Below are positions 29,624-39,279 of a DNA stretch of 64,000 bases, one piece after another. The position numbers were made by a program, and so were the translations under genes. Position 1 is the first letter of the stretch. Every line of letters starts with the position of its first letter. The notes under the pieces are model-generated. The model had not been told where the DNA came from. It saw only the letters and a list, made by a program, of their open reading frames with translations, and made no database searches. Origin of the DNA: an uncultured Nitrospiraceae bacterium (lineage in GTDB: Bacteria; Nitrospirota; Thermodesulfovibrionia; Thermodesulfovibrionales; Dissulfurispiraceae); assembly GCA_963727805.1 (NCBI GenBank), contig CAVSHF010000003.1, forward strand, positions 672,001 to 736,000, given 5' to 3'.

Positions 29624-30054
29624 TGGTTTTTGTAGATACGTCGTTTTTTTTGGCTTACCTGAACGGAGAAGATATTAATCAGGCAGCAGCAAAAACAGCT
29701 TTCGAAAGGGCCATCGCGCAAAATGTGTCTTTTGTTACTACCAACTACGTACTCGTGGAAAGCTTTGCTCTCATACAAAACAGATTGGGCGTCAAAGCAC
29801 TTCGGGATTTCCAGGAAACCATGGTGCCAGTTCTCAGCGTAGAATTTGCAGGTCAGAACGCCCATAATGCAGGTGTTAGTGCCGTCCTCACTGCGTCGAG
29901 GCGGGGACTGAGTTTGGTTGATTGCGTCAGCTTTGAAATTATGCGCACACTTGGAGTTGTGGCCGTGCTCGCTTTTGATAGCCATTTTGAAGAACAGGGA
30001 TTTGCCCAGTTTGTCGAAGAGGAAAACAGTCCGCAGGGTCCCCATTCACGCTGA
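29620..30054 (+). CDS. vapC: PIN-domain toxin (VapC family)
   Basis: VFVDTS, TTNYVLVES, SLVDCVSF, AFDSHF motifs. Confidence 0.9.
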   Translation: MMVFVDTSFFLAYLNGEDINQAAAKTAFERAIAQNVSFVTTNYVLVESFALIQNRLGVKALRDFQETMVPVLSVEFAGQNAHNAGVSAVLTASRRGLSLVDCVSFEIMRTLGVVAVLAFDSHFEEQGFAQFVEEENSPQGPHSR

Positions 30055-30329
30055 AAAGTGTCCCGCATGTATTCATCCCGGGGGCCACAGGCCGTCGCAC
30101 CCGCGCCTTGAAATGCATGCCGGACTGCATCGTCCTCGATAGTGCCAATGAGTGCTGCTACGCAGCATCCATCCAGTGTCGTTGTCGCCTTGGCAGAAGG
30201 ATTGCATTGCAATGAGGCGTAGCTTGGCAGTGGATTTGGTGGAAGGTGTAACCGCAATACTCACTTTACCGAAATCAGTATATTTTTGAGGCCGGTTGAC
30301 TTTTCTTTCTTTGAGTACTATATGTATTT

Positions 30330-30482
30330 ATGATTAAGACAATATTTATCACATTTATAACTTTATGGGCCTCATTGGATCTTCCAACCCTCGCAGGAAT
30401 GTTGATTTTTTCCTCTGGCCTGCTCCTGGCCGCATACATTTGGAAGAGATGGGGAAGCAGCGAGGGGTTTCAAACTATCTAG
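30330..30482 (+). CDS. Small 50-aa hydrophobic ORF with a CTERM-sorting-like segment
   Basis: Hand translation MIKTIFITFITLWASLDLPTLAGMLIFSSGLLLAAYIWKRWGSSEGFQTI; no clear RBS. Confidence 0.4.
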   Translation: MIKTIFITFITLWASLDLPTLAGMLIFSSGLLLAAYIWKRWGSSEGFQTI

Positions 30483-30607
30483 TTTGTTCCCCTTGGTGGT
30501 CCAGCTGCTGCGTTGCTGAGTTTCATTGCTAACACATTATTTTGGCGTTGGGCAATGATCTGTACTCATCCTGATGTCTCAGGTGAGGGACTAGCCATGT
30601 TGTCCTA

Positions 30608-31402
30608 CTATCTTAATTTCATTCGGATGTAGCGTTTGATGCAGTCCAAACAAAACCGAAGCGTAGGGTGATCTATTTTATTCCTGTACAAATTAACTTC
30701 ATTTTCGCTTGAACTGAGTTTGGTTTCATAGAAATGGACTTTATTTTCATAGGTTATTGGATGCGCAATATCTGATATGGGTTTCTCCAGAGCCCTCAGC
30801 GCTTCCAAGTTTAAGACCGAATTATTTGGCCCAACAAAAAGAAAGGTATTTTGTCTATACCAATATTCAACTGACTTGTTTTTCCAAAGTGCTCCCCTGA
30901 ACAAATCCAAACATTCGTAGCCATTAGATTTGAATAAATCAACCCAGTAAGATTGCCACTGCTCGTTGATATGATTCATTCCACCTTGGTACTTAATCGC
31001 GGCACTAAAAAGCACCGTGTCTGATGCTTCACATAGAAGATTGATGAATTTTTTGGCATTTGCTTCTGAAATGTGTTCGGCAACTTCAAGAGAAATACAT
31101 AGATCATATTTCTCATTTAACTTTGGCATGGCCGCATCAAAGTCAACAGCCGTAAAATTAATATTTTGGCTTAGCAGGGCTTCTTTCTTAACCCATTGTC
31201 CATCCATGCCTTTTAGCATTTTACTTCCAAGAGCCTCGGCCGCTGCTAACCATGCTCCTTGACCACAACCTATGTCAATCACTGTCTGAGGTTTGTAATG
31301 CTCATAAAGCAAACCAAGAACTATCGCTGCGGACTTAGACATCCCTTCGGCAAGTTTCCCATAAAAATCCTCATCATAGATTTCACTAAGGTTCTTATTC
31401 AT
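30608..31402 (-). CDS. Class I SAM-dependent methyltransferase
   Basis: VIDIGCGQGAWL, YDLCISLEVAEHI, FSAA..QGG.NHINEQW. Confidence 0.9.
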   Translation of the reverse strand: MNKNLSEIYDEDFYGKLAEGMSKSAAIVLGLLYEHYKPQTVIDIGCGQGAWLAAAEALGSKMLKGMDGQWVKKEALLSQNINFTAVDFDAAMPKLNEKYDLCISLEVAEHISEANAKKFINLLCEASDTVLFSAAIKYQGGMNHINEQWQSYWVDLFKSNGYECLDLFRGALWKNKSVEYWYRQNTFLFVGPNNSVLNLEALRALEKPISDIAHPITYENKVHFYETKLSSSENEVNLYRNKIDHPTLRFCLDCIKRYIRMKLR

Positions 31403-31954
31403 ATTTCTGCACTCCTAATATTCTATCTATCCGAGTTCAGCCACCCCTCATTATAGCAAGATGGACAGTCCATGCGTAAGTTAGGGCAATCACTCATTCT
31501 CAAATAATCTCTGGGACGCGGAAAACTCAGCTTAACGACGAAGATCATCTCATCGCCATGACATGCCGCTACAGTCTTTTTCCTATTTATTATTGGACTT
31601 TCTCAATAGTCCTCGATATCCTTCGCAGAGAAAATCCCTCCCGTGGAAATTCCGTGTCAGTGCGTACGACCGATCCGACTTAGCTCGAACAGTCAGTCCC
31701 GCAAGGCCTATCCAGCCTTATAGACATAAAGCCACGCGCAGCAACGGATTCCTGGGGCTCTCTTCAAAAGACTCTTTATCTAGCAATCAGCAATCGCAGT
31801 CATGCTTGCAAAATATCATCAAATTGCTAACCAAAGACGTCGCGTTCTGGTGATATTACCAAAATGTAAGAAATTATTTGCAACCATGAGAATTAAACGG
31901 TTTGAACAATCATCAAAACATCGAATTATCAATATGTTATTTTGTTACATATAT

Positions 31955-31970
31955 TGGCATATTATATGCT
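31955..31970 (+). promoter_or_regulatory. Probable sigma-54 promoter
   Basis: TGGCAT-ATTAT-ATGCT (GG-N10-GC) upstream of the 32045 ORF. Confidence 0.55.
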
Positions 31971-32044
31971 TTTAGTTTTATGGATATAGGGTTACTATTA
32001 GTGATCCGGTAAAAACCTCCTGCAGAGAGCATGAGGGCTGAGAG

Positions 32045-32188
32045 ATGAAAACACTAAGATTTTGGTTCCAGCATCATTTTAACGCATTACATTTGTATTG
32101 TAGGCTTGTCGATTTTGGTATTTCCGTAAGAGCTGCAAAAGGCTTTTGCCAGCATTATGAACATGTCGCCCACAAAATAATCTATTAG
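32045..32188 (+). CDS. 47-aa small protein (not in ORF track)
   Basis: Hand translation MKTLRFWFQHHFNALHLYCRLVDFGISVRAAKGFCQHYEHVAHKIIY; purine-rich RBS region; downstream of a sigma-54-like site. Confidence 0.65.
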   Translation: MKTLRFWFQHHFNALHLYCRLVDFGISVRAAKGFCQHYEHVAHKIIY

Positions 32189-32263
32189 AGACTGAGCGGC
32201 AATTATGCTCTCAGGTGAGGGCTTACTCATACTCTTTTTCACAATAGTAATAAGGAGAATAAT

Positions 32264-32578
32264 ATGATTAAGCATATGGTTAAGAATAGAGATTGCACCG
32301 AAGTAAACCGCGGGATAAGACTTCGAGAGCTCAAGCGGTGGAAGGTAAATGATAAGGAGCCTATGCCGTTTTACCTCCAAACGGGAGACAGCAGCGGCGT
32401 GGTGTTCAACGGCAAGCCGGAAATCGTAAGGCAGTTGATGAGGATGTACAATGAGCAAAAGTTATTCTTTCAAATAGAGTTTGTATCCTTCCTCAACTCC
32501 GAAGGGATCGTGGCTTGTAGAGTTTCAACCCCGGTAGACGATATGCTGGGATATCACGCTGAACTCTCGAACAATTAA
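32264..32578 (+). CDS. Hypothetical protein
   Basis: Strong RBS TAAGGAG 6 nt before ATG; 104-aa ORF with no recognised motif. Confidence 0.6.
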   Translation: MIKHMVKNRDCTEVNRGIRLRELKRWKVNDKEPMPFYLQTGDSSGVVFNGKPEIVRQLMRMYNEQKLFFQIEFVSFLNSEGIVACRVSTPVDDMLGYHAELSNN

Positions 32579-32730
32579 TAAGATGAGTTAAACAATATAA
32601 CCAGATCGGAGAGGAGATAACTCCGCCCGTTCCGGTGGTCACAGCACTCTAACAGGCTAAGCACACTAGAGGTGCCAGAATTGTAAAACCCCTTAGTCCC
32701 TTGCTTGATTCTGCCCAAGTATTTTCGAAA

Positions 32731-32822
32731 ATCCGGCCTAAGGTTGAAGCCCAGCCTTCCAGTGGGCAAACAGCCATGGCTGGCGACATGCTATCTGTCT
32801 CAACCAACTTATAGCCCCTCGG
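32731..32822 (-). pseudogene. Fragment of a class D group II intron-encoded protein C-terminus
   Basis: RGAISWLRQIACRQPWLFAHWKAGLQP* followed by GCCGGAT; LFxHW is the conserved end of class D maturases; no DV follows. Confidence 0.65.
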
Positions 32823-32961
32823 ATGCTCATTCTGCCAAACACCCCGATCATTAGAGCAACTGCAAAAAGCTCCTCTCCAGATTGGATGCCTGGCAGGCAA
32901 TCTACCACCCATGGCAAGGAATAGTCCTTCAGTAGAATGGCCGGCGAATTACCTTTGTTCG

Positions 32962-32991
32962 TTGACAATATGTAACCAGACAGGTTACAAT
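32962..32991 (+). promoter_or_regulatory. Sigma-70 promoter with overlapping palindromic operator (higBA)
   Basis: TTGACA-N18-TACAAT; palindrome TGTAACC-AGACA-GGTTACA (32971-32989). Confidence 0.75.
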
Positions 32992-32997
32992 TGGAGC

Positions 32998-33276
32998 ATG
33001 ATCATATCATTCGTGCATAAGGGGCTGGAGAAATTCTACCAGACAGGGGATACCTCTCGGATTCAGACTATTCATGAAAAAAAACTGAGGTTGATTCTAA
33101 CGCTTCTTGATGCAGCAACGAATGTGAAAGCAATGGATGCTCCCGGATTGGAACTGCACAAGCTAAAAGGGGATAAAAAAGACATCTGGTCGGTGACGGT
33201 GCAAGCCAACTGGCGGGTTACATTCAGATTTATTGCGGGTAATGCTGAGGTTGTCAATTATGAAGACTATCATTAA
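32998..33276 (+). CDS. higB: HigB/RelE-family toxin
   Basis: [14 protein letters not shown]...LHKLKGD...[15 protein letters not shown]...NYEDYH. Confidence 0.92.
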   Translation: MIISFVHKGLEKFYQTGDTSRIQTIHEKKLRLILTLLDAATNVKAMDAPGLELHKLKGDKKDIWSVTVQANWRVTFRFIAGNAEVVNYEDYH

Positions 33277-33292
33277 GAAGGAGAGATCACTT

Positions 33293-33625
33293 ATGGCTAT
33301 GCATAATCCAGCCCATCCGGGCGAGGTTTTAAAGGAGTTTTGGCTTGAACCTATGGGGATAACTATCACCGATGCTGCGGAACGCCTACGTGTAGCGCGT
33401 AAAACCGTTTCTAAAATTGTCAACAGTCATGGGTCTATTACGCCGGAAATGGCACTTAGGATTGAAATTGTATTTGGTTCGACTGCGGAGACATGGTTAA
33501 GTATGCAGGCTGCATACGACATATGGCAAATGAGGAATCTTCGTAAGTCTCTACAAGGAACTTTGCGTCATATTCGGCAAGATGGCAGATTGATCGGAAC
33601 TGGTGGCAGATTAGCAGCAGATTAG
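33293..33625 (+). CDS. higA: HigA antitoxin (HTH)
   Basis: [11 protein letters not shown]...ITPEMALRI...[12 protein letters not shown]. Confidence 0.92.
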   Translation: MAMHNPAHPGEVLKEFWLEPMGITITDAAERLRVARKTVSKIVNSHGSITPEMALRIEIVFGSTAETWLSMQAAYDIWQMRNLRKSLQGTLRHIRQDGRLIGTGGRLAAD

Positions 33626-34135
33626 TGTCGGCCGCCGTTTCCGAGTAATCGCGTATTTAGCTCTCTATGCTTAAAAAGCTGGTTGGGACATGGCCAGTTG
33701 ATGGTACCGTTCCATTCCAGGGAAAAAGCATCTTTTGAGCCGCTGTAGAAGTTAGCAATACGTTACCCACGGTGCGCCTCGCTTTGAAGATCTACTCCTA
33801 ATGATTTATCATCACACTTTACTGAACAACAGCCGATACATATTCTTGTTGGTTCGTAACCTTCGCATCATCAAGTCTCCAGAAATTCTTAGTGATTTGC
33901 ATATACCGGCCTGCTCTTTTGTCTTCATTTACGATCATTTAAGCTCTATATTAGCCAAATGTATTGACCGACGCGAGCTCCGACCACCATGCGGGGACAC
34001 TCAATCTGCAGGCATTCACCCTAGTTTGTTACAATAGGAAGGTTGGAGACGTTTTTGACAAAAATGACCGTTTTTTAACGATTTTGGCCAAGCGAATGTT
34101 ACACTTTAGTAATAAGAGATAATCTCGGAGAGGTA

Positions 34136-35461
34136 TTGGATAGACTCAATCAATATTGTCGGGAGGCCTGGGTTGCCTTAGGCCTGCGTCCAGATGTGGC
34201 CCTATCAGATCCCGACTGCATCGTAGTGATACTCATCGCAGGGATGTTATGTTTGTGCTTCACAACACTGTTGATTGCAGTAGGCCGACGCGTGCGCAAT
34301 GGAGCGCGTTATAAGGCACTAGATCATTTGCGAGAACATTACAGGGATAAAATCCGTAGTGCGATACTTTCAAAAGCCTCTCCCTCTGTGTCAAAAGAGT
34401 TAATGGTGCGGTGCGAATCCCTGCCTTGGCATGCAATCGAAGACACCCTTTTTGAACTACTTGAAAACACCTCTTTGCGCAAAGGGGTGTGTGACTTATT
34501 CATGGAGCTCGGCTATGTCCATTATTACGAGTCTAAACTGTCAAGCAGAAAGACTACTCGTAAGGCGCTTGCGATCGACAAACTCGGGCGATTGAGGTAC
34601 GAGCCTGCGGCGAAGAAGCTATTAGATAGTTTATCTCCATCAGCGAATGCAAGCGCCGATATCATCGGTGTCACTGTAAGGGCTTTATGCAGCATAGGAG
34701 AGCGAGACTCGATAGATAAGATGTTTGGTGCCATGCCAGATATCTTCGATCGGCACGTAATATCCGAAAAGACACTTACCACAGCACTTTTAAGTCGTGA
34801 CTCTACAGTCACAGAATTATTACTGGAATATCGCGGCCTCGCCAGTCTCGATTCACGGTTGCTTTCTGCTTTCCTGGAAGTCCTTAAGGTGTTCCCTGTT
34901 GACAGAAAATCGTACGATTTCGCCATTGCGCATCTTGGTCATAATGATCCCGAGGTTAGGGTGAAGGCTCTGAAGCTTTTGGCATCGACCCAAGACGGCT
35001 TGGTACTGTATGACAATACGCCGATTCTTTCTCTATTGAAAGACCCTGTCTGGTTTGTCAGGCTGCATGCTGTCAAGGTACTGGGGTTGCGCCGGTGCTG
35101 GCCGGCTGCCTACGATATGGTTCGATTGACTTCGGATGAGAACTGGCAGGTCCGCTCGGCAGCGGCAGCAGCCCTCGCAGGCCTTGGCGAAAGGGCATTA
35201 GTTCTTATTTTGGACATCCTCCAGTCTTCCGATCAGTATGCGAAAGAAGCAGTTTGCAGAGCGGTCAGCACTGAGGTATTTGTAAATCTGCTTAGAGCCA
35301 AAATCGAGGTCGGAAATCCCGCAACAGTGGAGATGGTAAGGGAAATCATTGCTATTATGTCTTCGCTCAACTTCGAAGTGCCTCTCAAGGGGATGACAAA
35401 AAGCAACGACATGCATATAAAACCTGATAGTGGAATAAAATCCCTTTCGGAAGAGGCTTGA
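34136..35461 (+). CDS. Membrane-anchored HEAT-repeat protein
   Basis: N-terminal TM helix; HEAT-like units DPEVRVKALKLL, DPVWFVRLHAVKVLG, DENWQVRSAAAAAL; TTG start after GGAGAGG. Confidence 0.82.
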   Translation: MDRLNQYCREAWVALGLRPDVALSDPDCIVVILIAGMLCLCFTTLLIAVGRRVRNGARYKALDHLREHYRDKIRSAILSKASPSVSKELMVRCESLPWHAIEDTLFELLENTSLRKGVCDLFMELGYVHYYESKLSSRKTTRKALAIDKLGRLRYEPAAKKLLDSLSPSANASADIIGVTVRALCSIGERDSIDKMFGAMPDIFDRHVISEKTLTTALLSRDSTVTELLLEYRGLASLDSRLLSAFLEVLKVFPVDRKSYDFAIAHLGHNDPEVRVKALKLLASTQDGLVLYDNTPILSLLKDPVWFVRLHAVKVLGLRRCWPAAYDMVRLTSDENWQVRSAAAAALAGLGERALVLILDILQSSDQYAKEAVCRAVSTEVFVNLLRAKIEVGNPATVEMVREIIAIMSSLNFEVPLKGMTKSNDMHIKPDSGIKSLSEEA

Positions 35462-36894
35462 ATACTATGCTACATATACTAGCAGCCTGCATTATCACGT
35501 TCAATTATTTTGTTATTTTTTATTTCGCTGCCGTAAATATCATCTACACAGGCCTGCTCTGTATTGCGCTGTTTGTCGTTCTGAAGCAGATACGGCGGAT
35601 GAAGTACGCACCGCACAAGAATCTGAGGACTTCGGTAGAGGCACCGCCAGTTTCCGTTATAATACCCGCATTCAACGAGCGGTCTGTCGTTATTAGGACC
35701 GTGGAGTTCGCGTTAGCACTCAAGTATCCTAATTTTACAGTAATCGTTGTAAATGACGGCTCGAATGATGAGTCTCTCCAGGCACTTATAAAGGCTTACT
35801 TACTCGAACCTATTGACTCGCCGATTGCTCCCATTTTAAAAACAAAACCGATTCGTGGTATCTACTATAGCCCTCTCATCCCCAACTTGTATGTTATCGA
35901 CAAGGAACGCGGTGGTAAAGCAGATGCCCTTAACTGCGGCATTAATGCCTCACACGATCCTTACTTCTGCTCTATAGATGCCGATACCATCATTGAACCA
36001 GATGCATTGCTCCGTCTTATGTCGGCGGTCATACAAAGCCCAGTGCCCGTGATAGCCTGTGGGGGTGTCGTTCGGGTGGTAAATGGCAGCACACTAAAAG
36101 AGACGCATATTGAAAAGATTGAGTTGCCACGTTCATCGCTTGCCGTATTTCAGATCGTCGAATATCTCAGGAGTTTTCTGTTTGGGAGGGTCGGGCTTGA
36201 TTTTCTTAACGCCACCCTCATTATTTCCGGCGCATTTTCGTTGTTTAGCAAGCGGGCGGTGCTGGACATCCACGGCTTCAGTACGGATAATGTGGCAGAA
36301 GACATGGATCTCGTTGTAAGGTTGCACAAACATTTTGTTCTTGCCAAAAAACCCTATGCTGTCAAGTTTATCACAGATCCTATATGCTGGACGCAGGTGC
36401 CTGAAAGCATAAGAATGCTTGCCCGGCAGCGCAGACGCTGGCATCTGGGGCTCATTCAGACTACTGCACGTAACAAGTCGATGCTGCTGAATCCCAAATA
36501 CGGCAGGCTCGGCCTCCTTGTGATGCCTTACTATGTTTTGCTGGAAATGATCAGTCCGCTTATTGAGATATTGGGATACATAACGATCCCTTTCGCTTAT
36601 TTCTTAGGCTTAATCAACTTTGATTTCTTAATCCTGTTTCTTATCTTTGCCTTGCTATGTGGTTCTTTTTTATCGGTTGCAGGGGTGCTTATGGAAGAAA
36701 TGACTTTTCACCGATATCCGAAATGGCGACACCTATTCACCCTGGTGCTATACGGGGTGATGGAAAACTTCGGGTACCGTCAGTGCAATTCGTTCTGGCG
36801 GGCGCAGGCGTTCTATAAATATTTCATGGGGAAGCATAAATGGGAAGTAGTCAAGAAAAAGAAGCACCACGCAAGTGAGAAAGTCGGCCCATGA
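35458..36894 (+). CDS. Processive GT2 polysaccharide synthase (PgaC/IcaA-like)
   Basis: IIPAFNE, NDGS, GGKADALN, IDAD, FQIVEY, ISGAF, AEDMD, QRRRW; N- and C-terminal TM helices. Confidence 0.9.
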   Translation: MNTMLHILAACIITFNYFVIFYFAAVNIIYTGLLCIALFVVLKQIRRMKYAPHKNLRTSVEAPPVSVIIPAFNERSVVIRTVEFALALKYPNFTVIVVNDGSNDESLQALIKAYLLEPIDSPIAPILKTKPIRGIYYSPLIPNLYVIDKERGGKADALNCGINASHDPYFCSIDADTIIEPDALLRLMSAVIQSPVPVIACGGVVRVVNGSTLKETHIEKIELPRSSLAVFQIVEYLRSFLFGRVGLDFLNATLIISGAFSLFSKRAVLDIHGFSTDNVAEDMDLVVRLHKHFVLAKKPYAVKFITDPICWTQVPESIRMLARQRRRWHLGLIQTTARNKSMLLNPKYGRLGLLVMPYYVLLEMISPLIEILGYITIPFAYFLGLINFDFLILFLIFALLCGSFLSVAGVLMEEMTFHRYPKWRHLFTLVLYGVMENFGYRQCNSFWRAQAFYKYFMGKHKWEVVKKKKHHASEKVGP

Positions 36895-39278
36895 GCATTA
36901 AATCACTCGGATACGAAGCCATTGAGCGCGGAAATTTCCAGGAAGCGGTAAACATTTTCCGGAAGGCTCTATCACAAAACAACAGCGCCGATGGTTATTT
37001 GGGTTTGGGCACGGCATTTGAAAGCCTTGGGGAATTCTTAACAGCCCGCTGGGCATACAATAAGGCACTTGAACTGGACCCGAATAATGGCGACGCGAAA
37101 CATGCATTGGCCACTCTACAGGAGACCATGTTGCGAAAGAGTAAGGACTACCCCGTCCAGCACAAGGTTGCCTTTAGGGCGTTAACAAAGGGGATCGAAC
37201 GACTCGACCGAGGGCAGTGGGTTCCGTTTTTTATGAAGGGGATTAATGTTGGGCTTGGCTTGCCAGGCTACTACCCAGGCGAATATCCCATAGGCAAAGG
37301 GCTGTACCTTCAGTGGATGGAGCAGATGGTGGCCTTTGGCTTTAACACTGTCAGGGTTTATGCCATCCATCCCCCGTCGTTCTATGAAGCACTATATGAC
37401 TTAAACCACGGTGGTGGCAAGCTATATTTGTTACAGGGGATATGGTCGGAGCCGCCTGCTGATAATAATCTTTCAAGCGAAACCTACGCCAGGTATATTG
37501 CCGGACAAATATCGGAGGCCGTCGATGTAATCCTTGGATCGGCGTCTCTTTCGGAACGTCCGGGCCTACCCAGCGGCGTTTATAAGTGTGACGTATCGGA
37601 ATATACCATAGGATTTTTGCTTACGCGGGAATGGGAGAGCTGTACAGTTGCTGCCTACAATAACCTCCATCAGCGGAGGATCTCAACCTACGACGGCTCG
37701 TTCCTGCGCGTGGACGGTGCTACTGCCTTTGAAGGATGGGTGGGCAGCGTGGTTGAATCCATACAGAGCTACGAGTACCAGAAATATGGGCTCACCCATC
37801 CGGTGTCGACTGTCTGCTGGCCTACTTTAGACCCTCTGGAGCATCCTTCGGAGTCTCGGTACGCTGAAGGACTGGCGGCACAGGGGCAAATAATAGACAC
37901 AAAGGTGTGTTCGGAGGACGAGGATGTAGAAACTCTCGATTTAGCTAAGTTTGCCGTTAAGAGCGGTGGCGGCTTTTTTGCATCTTATCATGTTTACCCG
38001 TATTACCCCGACTTTATGAATAACGATTACCTATCGGAAGAGGACCCATACGCTACCTATCTTGGCCAGTTGAAGGAGCATCACGGCGACCAGCCGGTCA
38101 TAGTTGCTGAGTTTGGGGTGCCCGACAGCAGAGAAATTTCGCACTGGAATGTTAAGGGATGGCATCACGGAGGGCATACCGATGTCCGCCAGGCAGAGGT
38201 GGATGTCCTGCTGATGAAAGCCATTCACAAGACGGGTATGTCAGGTGGTATTCTCTTTAGCTGGTTCGACGAGTGGTTCAAGAGGAACTGGCTCTTTATG
38301 AAGTATGAGCTGCCCGCAGAGCGGAAGTCTCTGTGGTTCAACCTGCAGGATGCTGAAGAATGTTACGGATTGATTGCCGCCTATCCAGGGTATCCGAAGA
38401 AGATATGTACATTAACGGCTAACGCTCATGAGTGGGAGCGCGCGGCAGTGATCGCGCAGCAGGCGGCGGTACCCGATGGCTCCAAAATATCAGGTGGGGG
38501 TCTTGCGCTCCGTAGTCTTAAGGCACAGCATGATGAAGGGTTTTTATACCTTCTGCTGGAAACCGGAGGTGCTATTGACTTCAAGAAGGGCAATTATATC
38601 ATCGGCCTGGATACTTGTGATTCAAAGACAGGGGAATTCCGCATGCCCTATGGCTTTGACGAAAAGACCCCGATAGGGTTGAAGTTTGCTATTCACATTG
38701 CTGGCCCGCATAAAAGCCGGATACTCGCATGCAAGTCATACGACAAATACCAGAACCAGGAGGGCGGCGACATATACCCGCACAAATCGTCTGAGGGGGC
38801 TTGGGTAGTCATGCAAAACAAGACCAATGACCGGAGATTCAGCAAGGATGGCCGCAGGGTATACCCTGCACGCGTTGCCACCATGAGCAATCTGACGTAT
38901 GGGAGTCTCGACCCAAAGGCCGAGGACTATAACTCGCTCTCCGACATTTATATAAGAGACAACCTGATAGAGTTGCGGATACCCTGGGGTTTGATCAATT
39001 TCACCGACCCCAGTTCGCATATGATACTTTGGAAACAGGGCAAGCAGATGACAAAGCGTACCGATGGTGTGAGGGCAATGGCTGTATCATATGATCCGTC
39101 TGGGCCGAGCAGCAGCACGTCAAAAGGGACAGGCAGGGAAAGGGCTGACGCATTGCCCAGATCCATGGACCCCCGAGACCTGACCACTTACTCGTGGGAT
39201 GGCTGGGAAGTGCCTCTGTACCACTTCCACGTCAAAGCCGGCGCCGATACATACAGTCGCATGCTGAGGAGTATATAA
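36891..39278 (+). CDS. TPR plus TIM-barrel glycoside hydrolase-like protein
   Basis: N-terminal TPRs (YNKALELDPNNGDAK); KGINVG, NTVRVY, REWE, SYHVYPYYPDF, VAEFGVP, FSWFDEWFK resemble clan GH-A barrels. Confidence 0.7.
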   Translation: MSIKSLGYEAIERGNFQEAVNIFRKALSQNNSADGYLGLGTAFESLGEFLTARWAYNKALELDPNNGDAKHALATLQETMLRKSKDYPVQHKVAFRALTKGIERLDRGQWVPFFMKGINVGLGLPGYYPGEYPIGKGLYLQWMEQMVAFGFNTVRVYAIHPPSFYEALYDLNHGGGKLYLLQGIWSEPPADNNLSSETYARYIAGQISEAVDVILGSASLSERPGLPSGVYKCDVSEYTIGFLLTREWESCTVAAYNNLHQRRISTYDGSFLRVDGATAFEGWVGSVVESIQSYEYQKYGLTHPVSTVCWPTLDPLEHPSESRYAEGLAAQGQIIDTKVCSEDEDVETLDLAKFAVKSGGGFFASYHVYPYYPDFMNNDYLSEEDPYATYLGQLKEHHGDQPVIVAEFGVPDSREISHWNVKGWHHGGHTDVRQAEVDVLLMKAIHKTGMSGGILFSWFDEWFKRNWLFMKYELPAERKSLWFNLQDAEECYGLIAAYPGYPKKICTLTANAHEWERAAVIAQQAAVPDGSKISGGGLALRSLKAQHDEGFLYLLLETGGAIDFKKGNYIIGLDTCDSKTGEFRMPYGFDEKTPIGLKFAIHIAGPHKSRILACKSYDKYQNQEGGDIYPHKSSEGAWVVMQNKTNDRRFSKDGRRVYPARVATMSNLTYGSLDPKAEDYNSLSDIYIRDNLIELRIPWGLINFTDPSSHMILWKQGKQMTKRTDGVRAMAVSYDPSGPSSSTSKGTGRERADALPRSMDPRDLTTYSWDGWEVPLYHFHVKAGADTYSRMLRSI

Positions 39279-39279
39279 C

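Noticed and set aside
30055..30270. Possible oxidoreductase fragment (IGTIEDDAVRHAFQGA) on the minus strand
   Set aside because: Weak resemblance only; no cofactor-binding motif.
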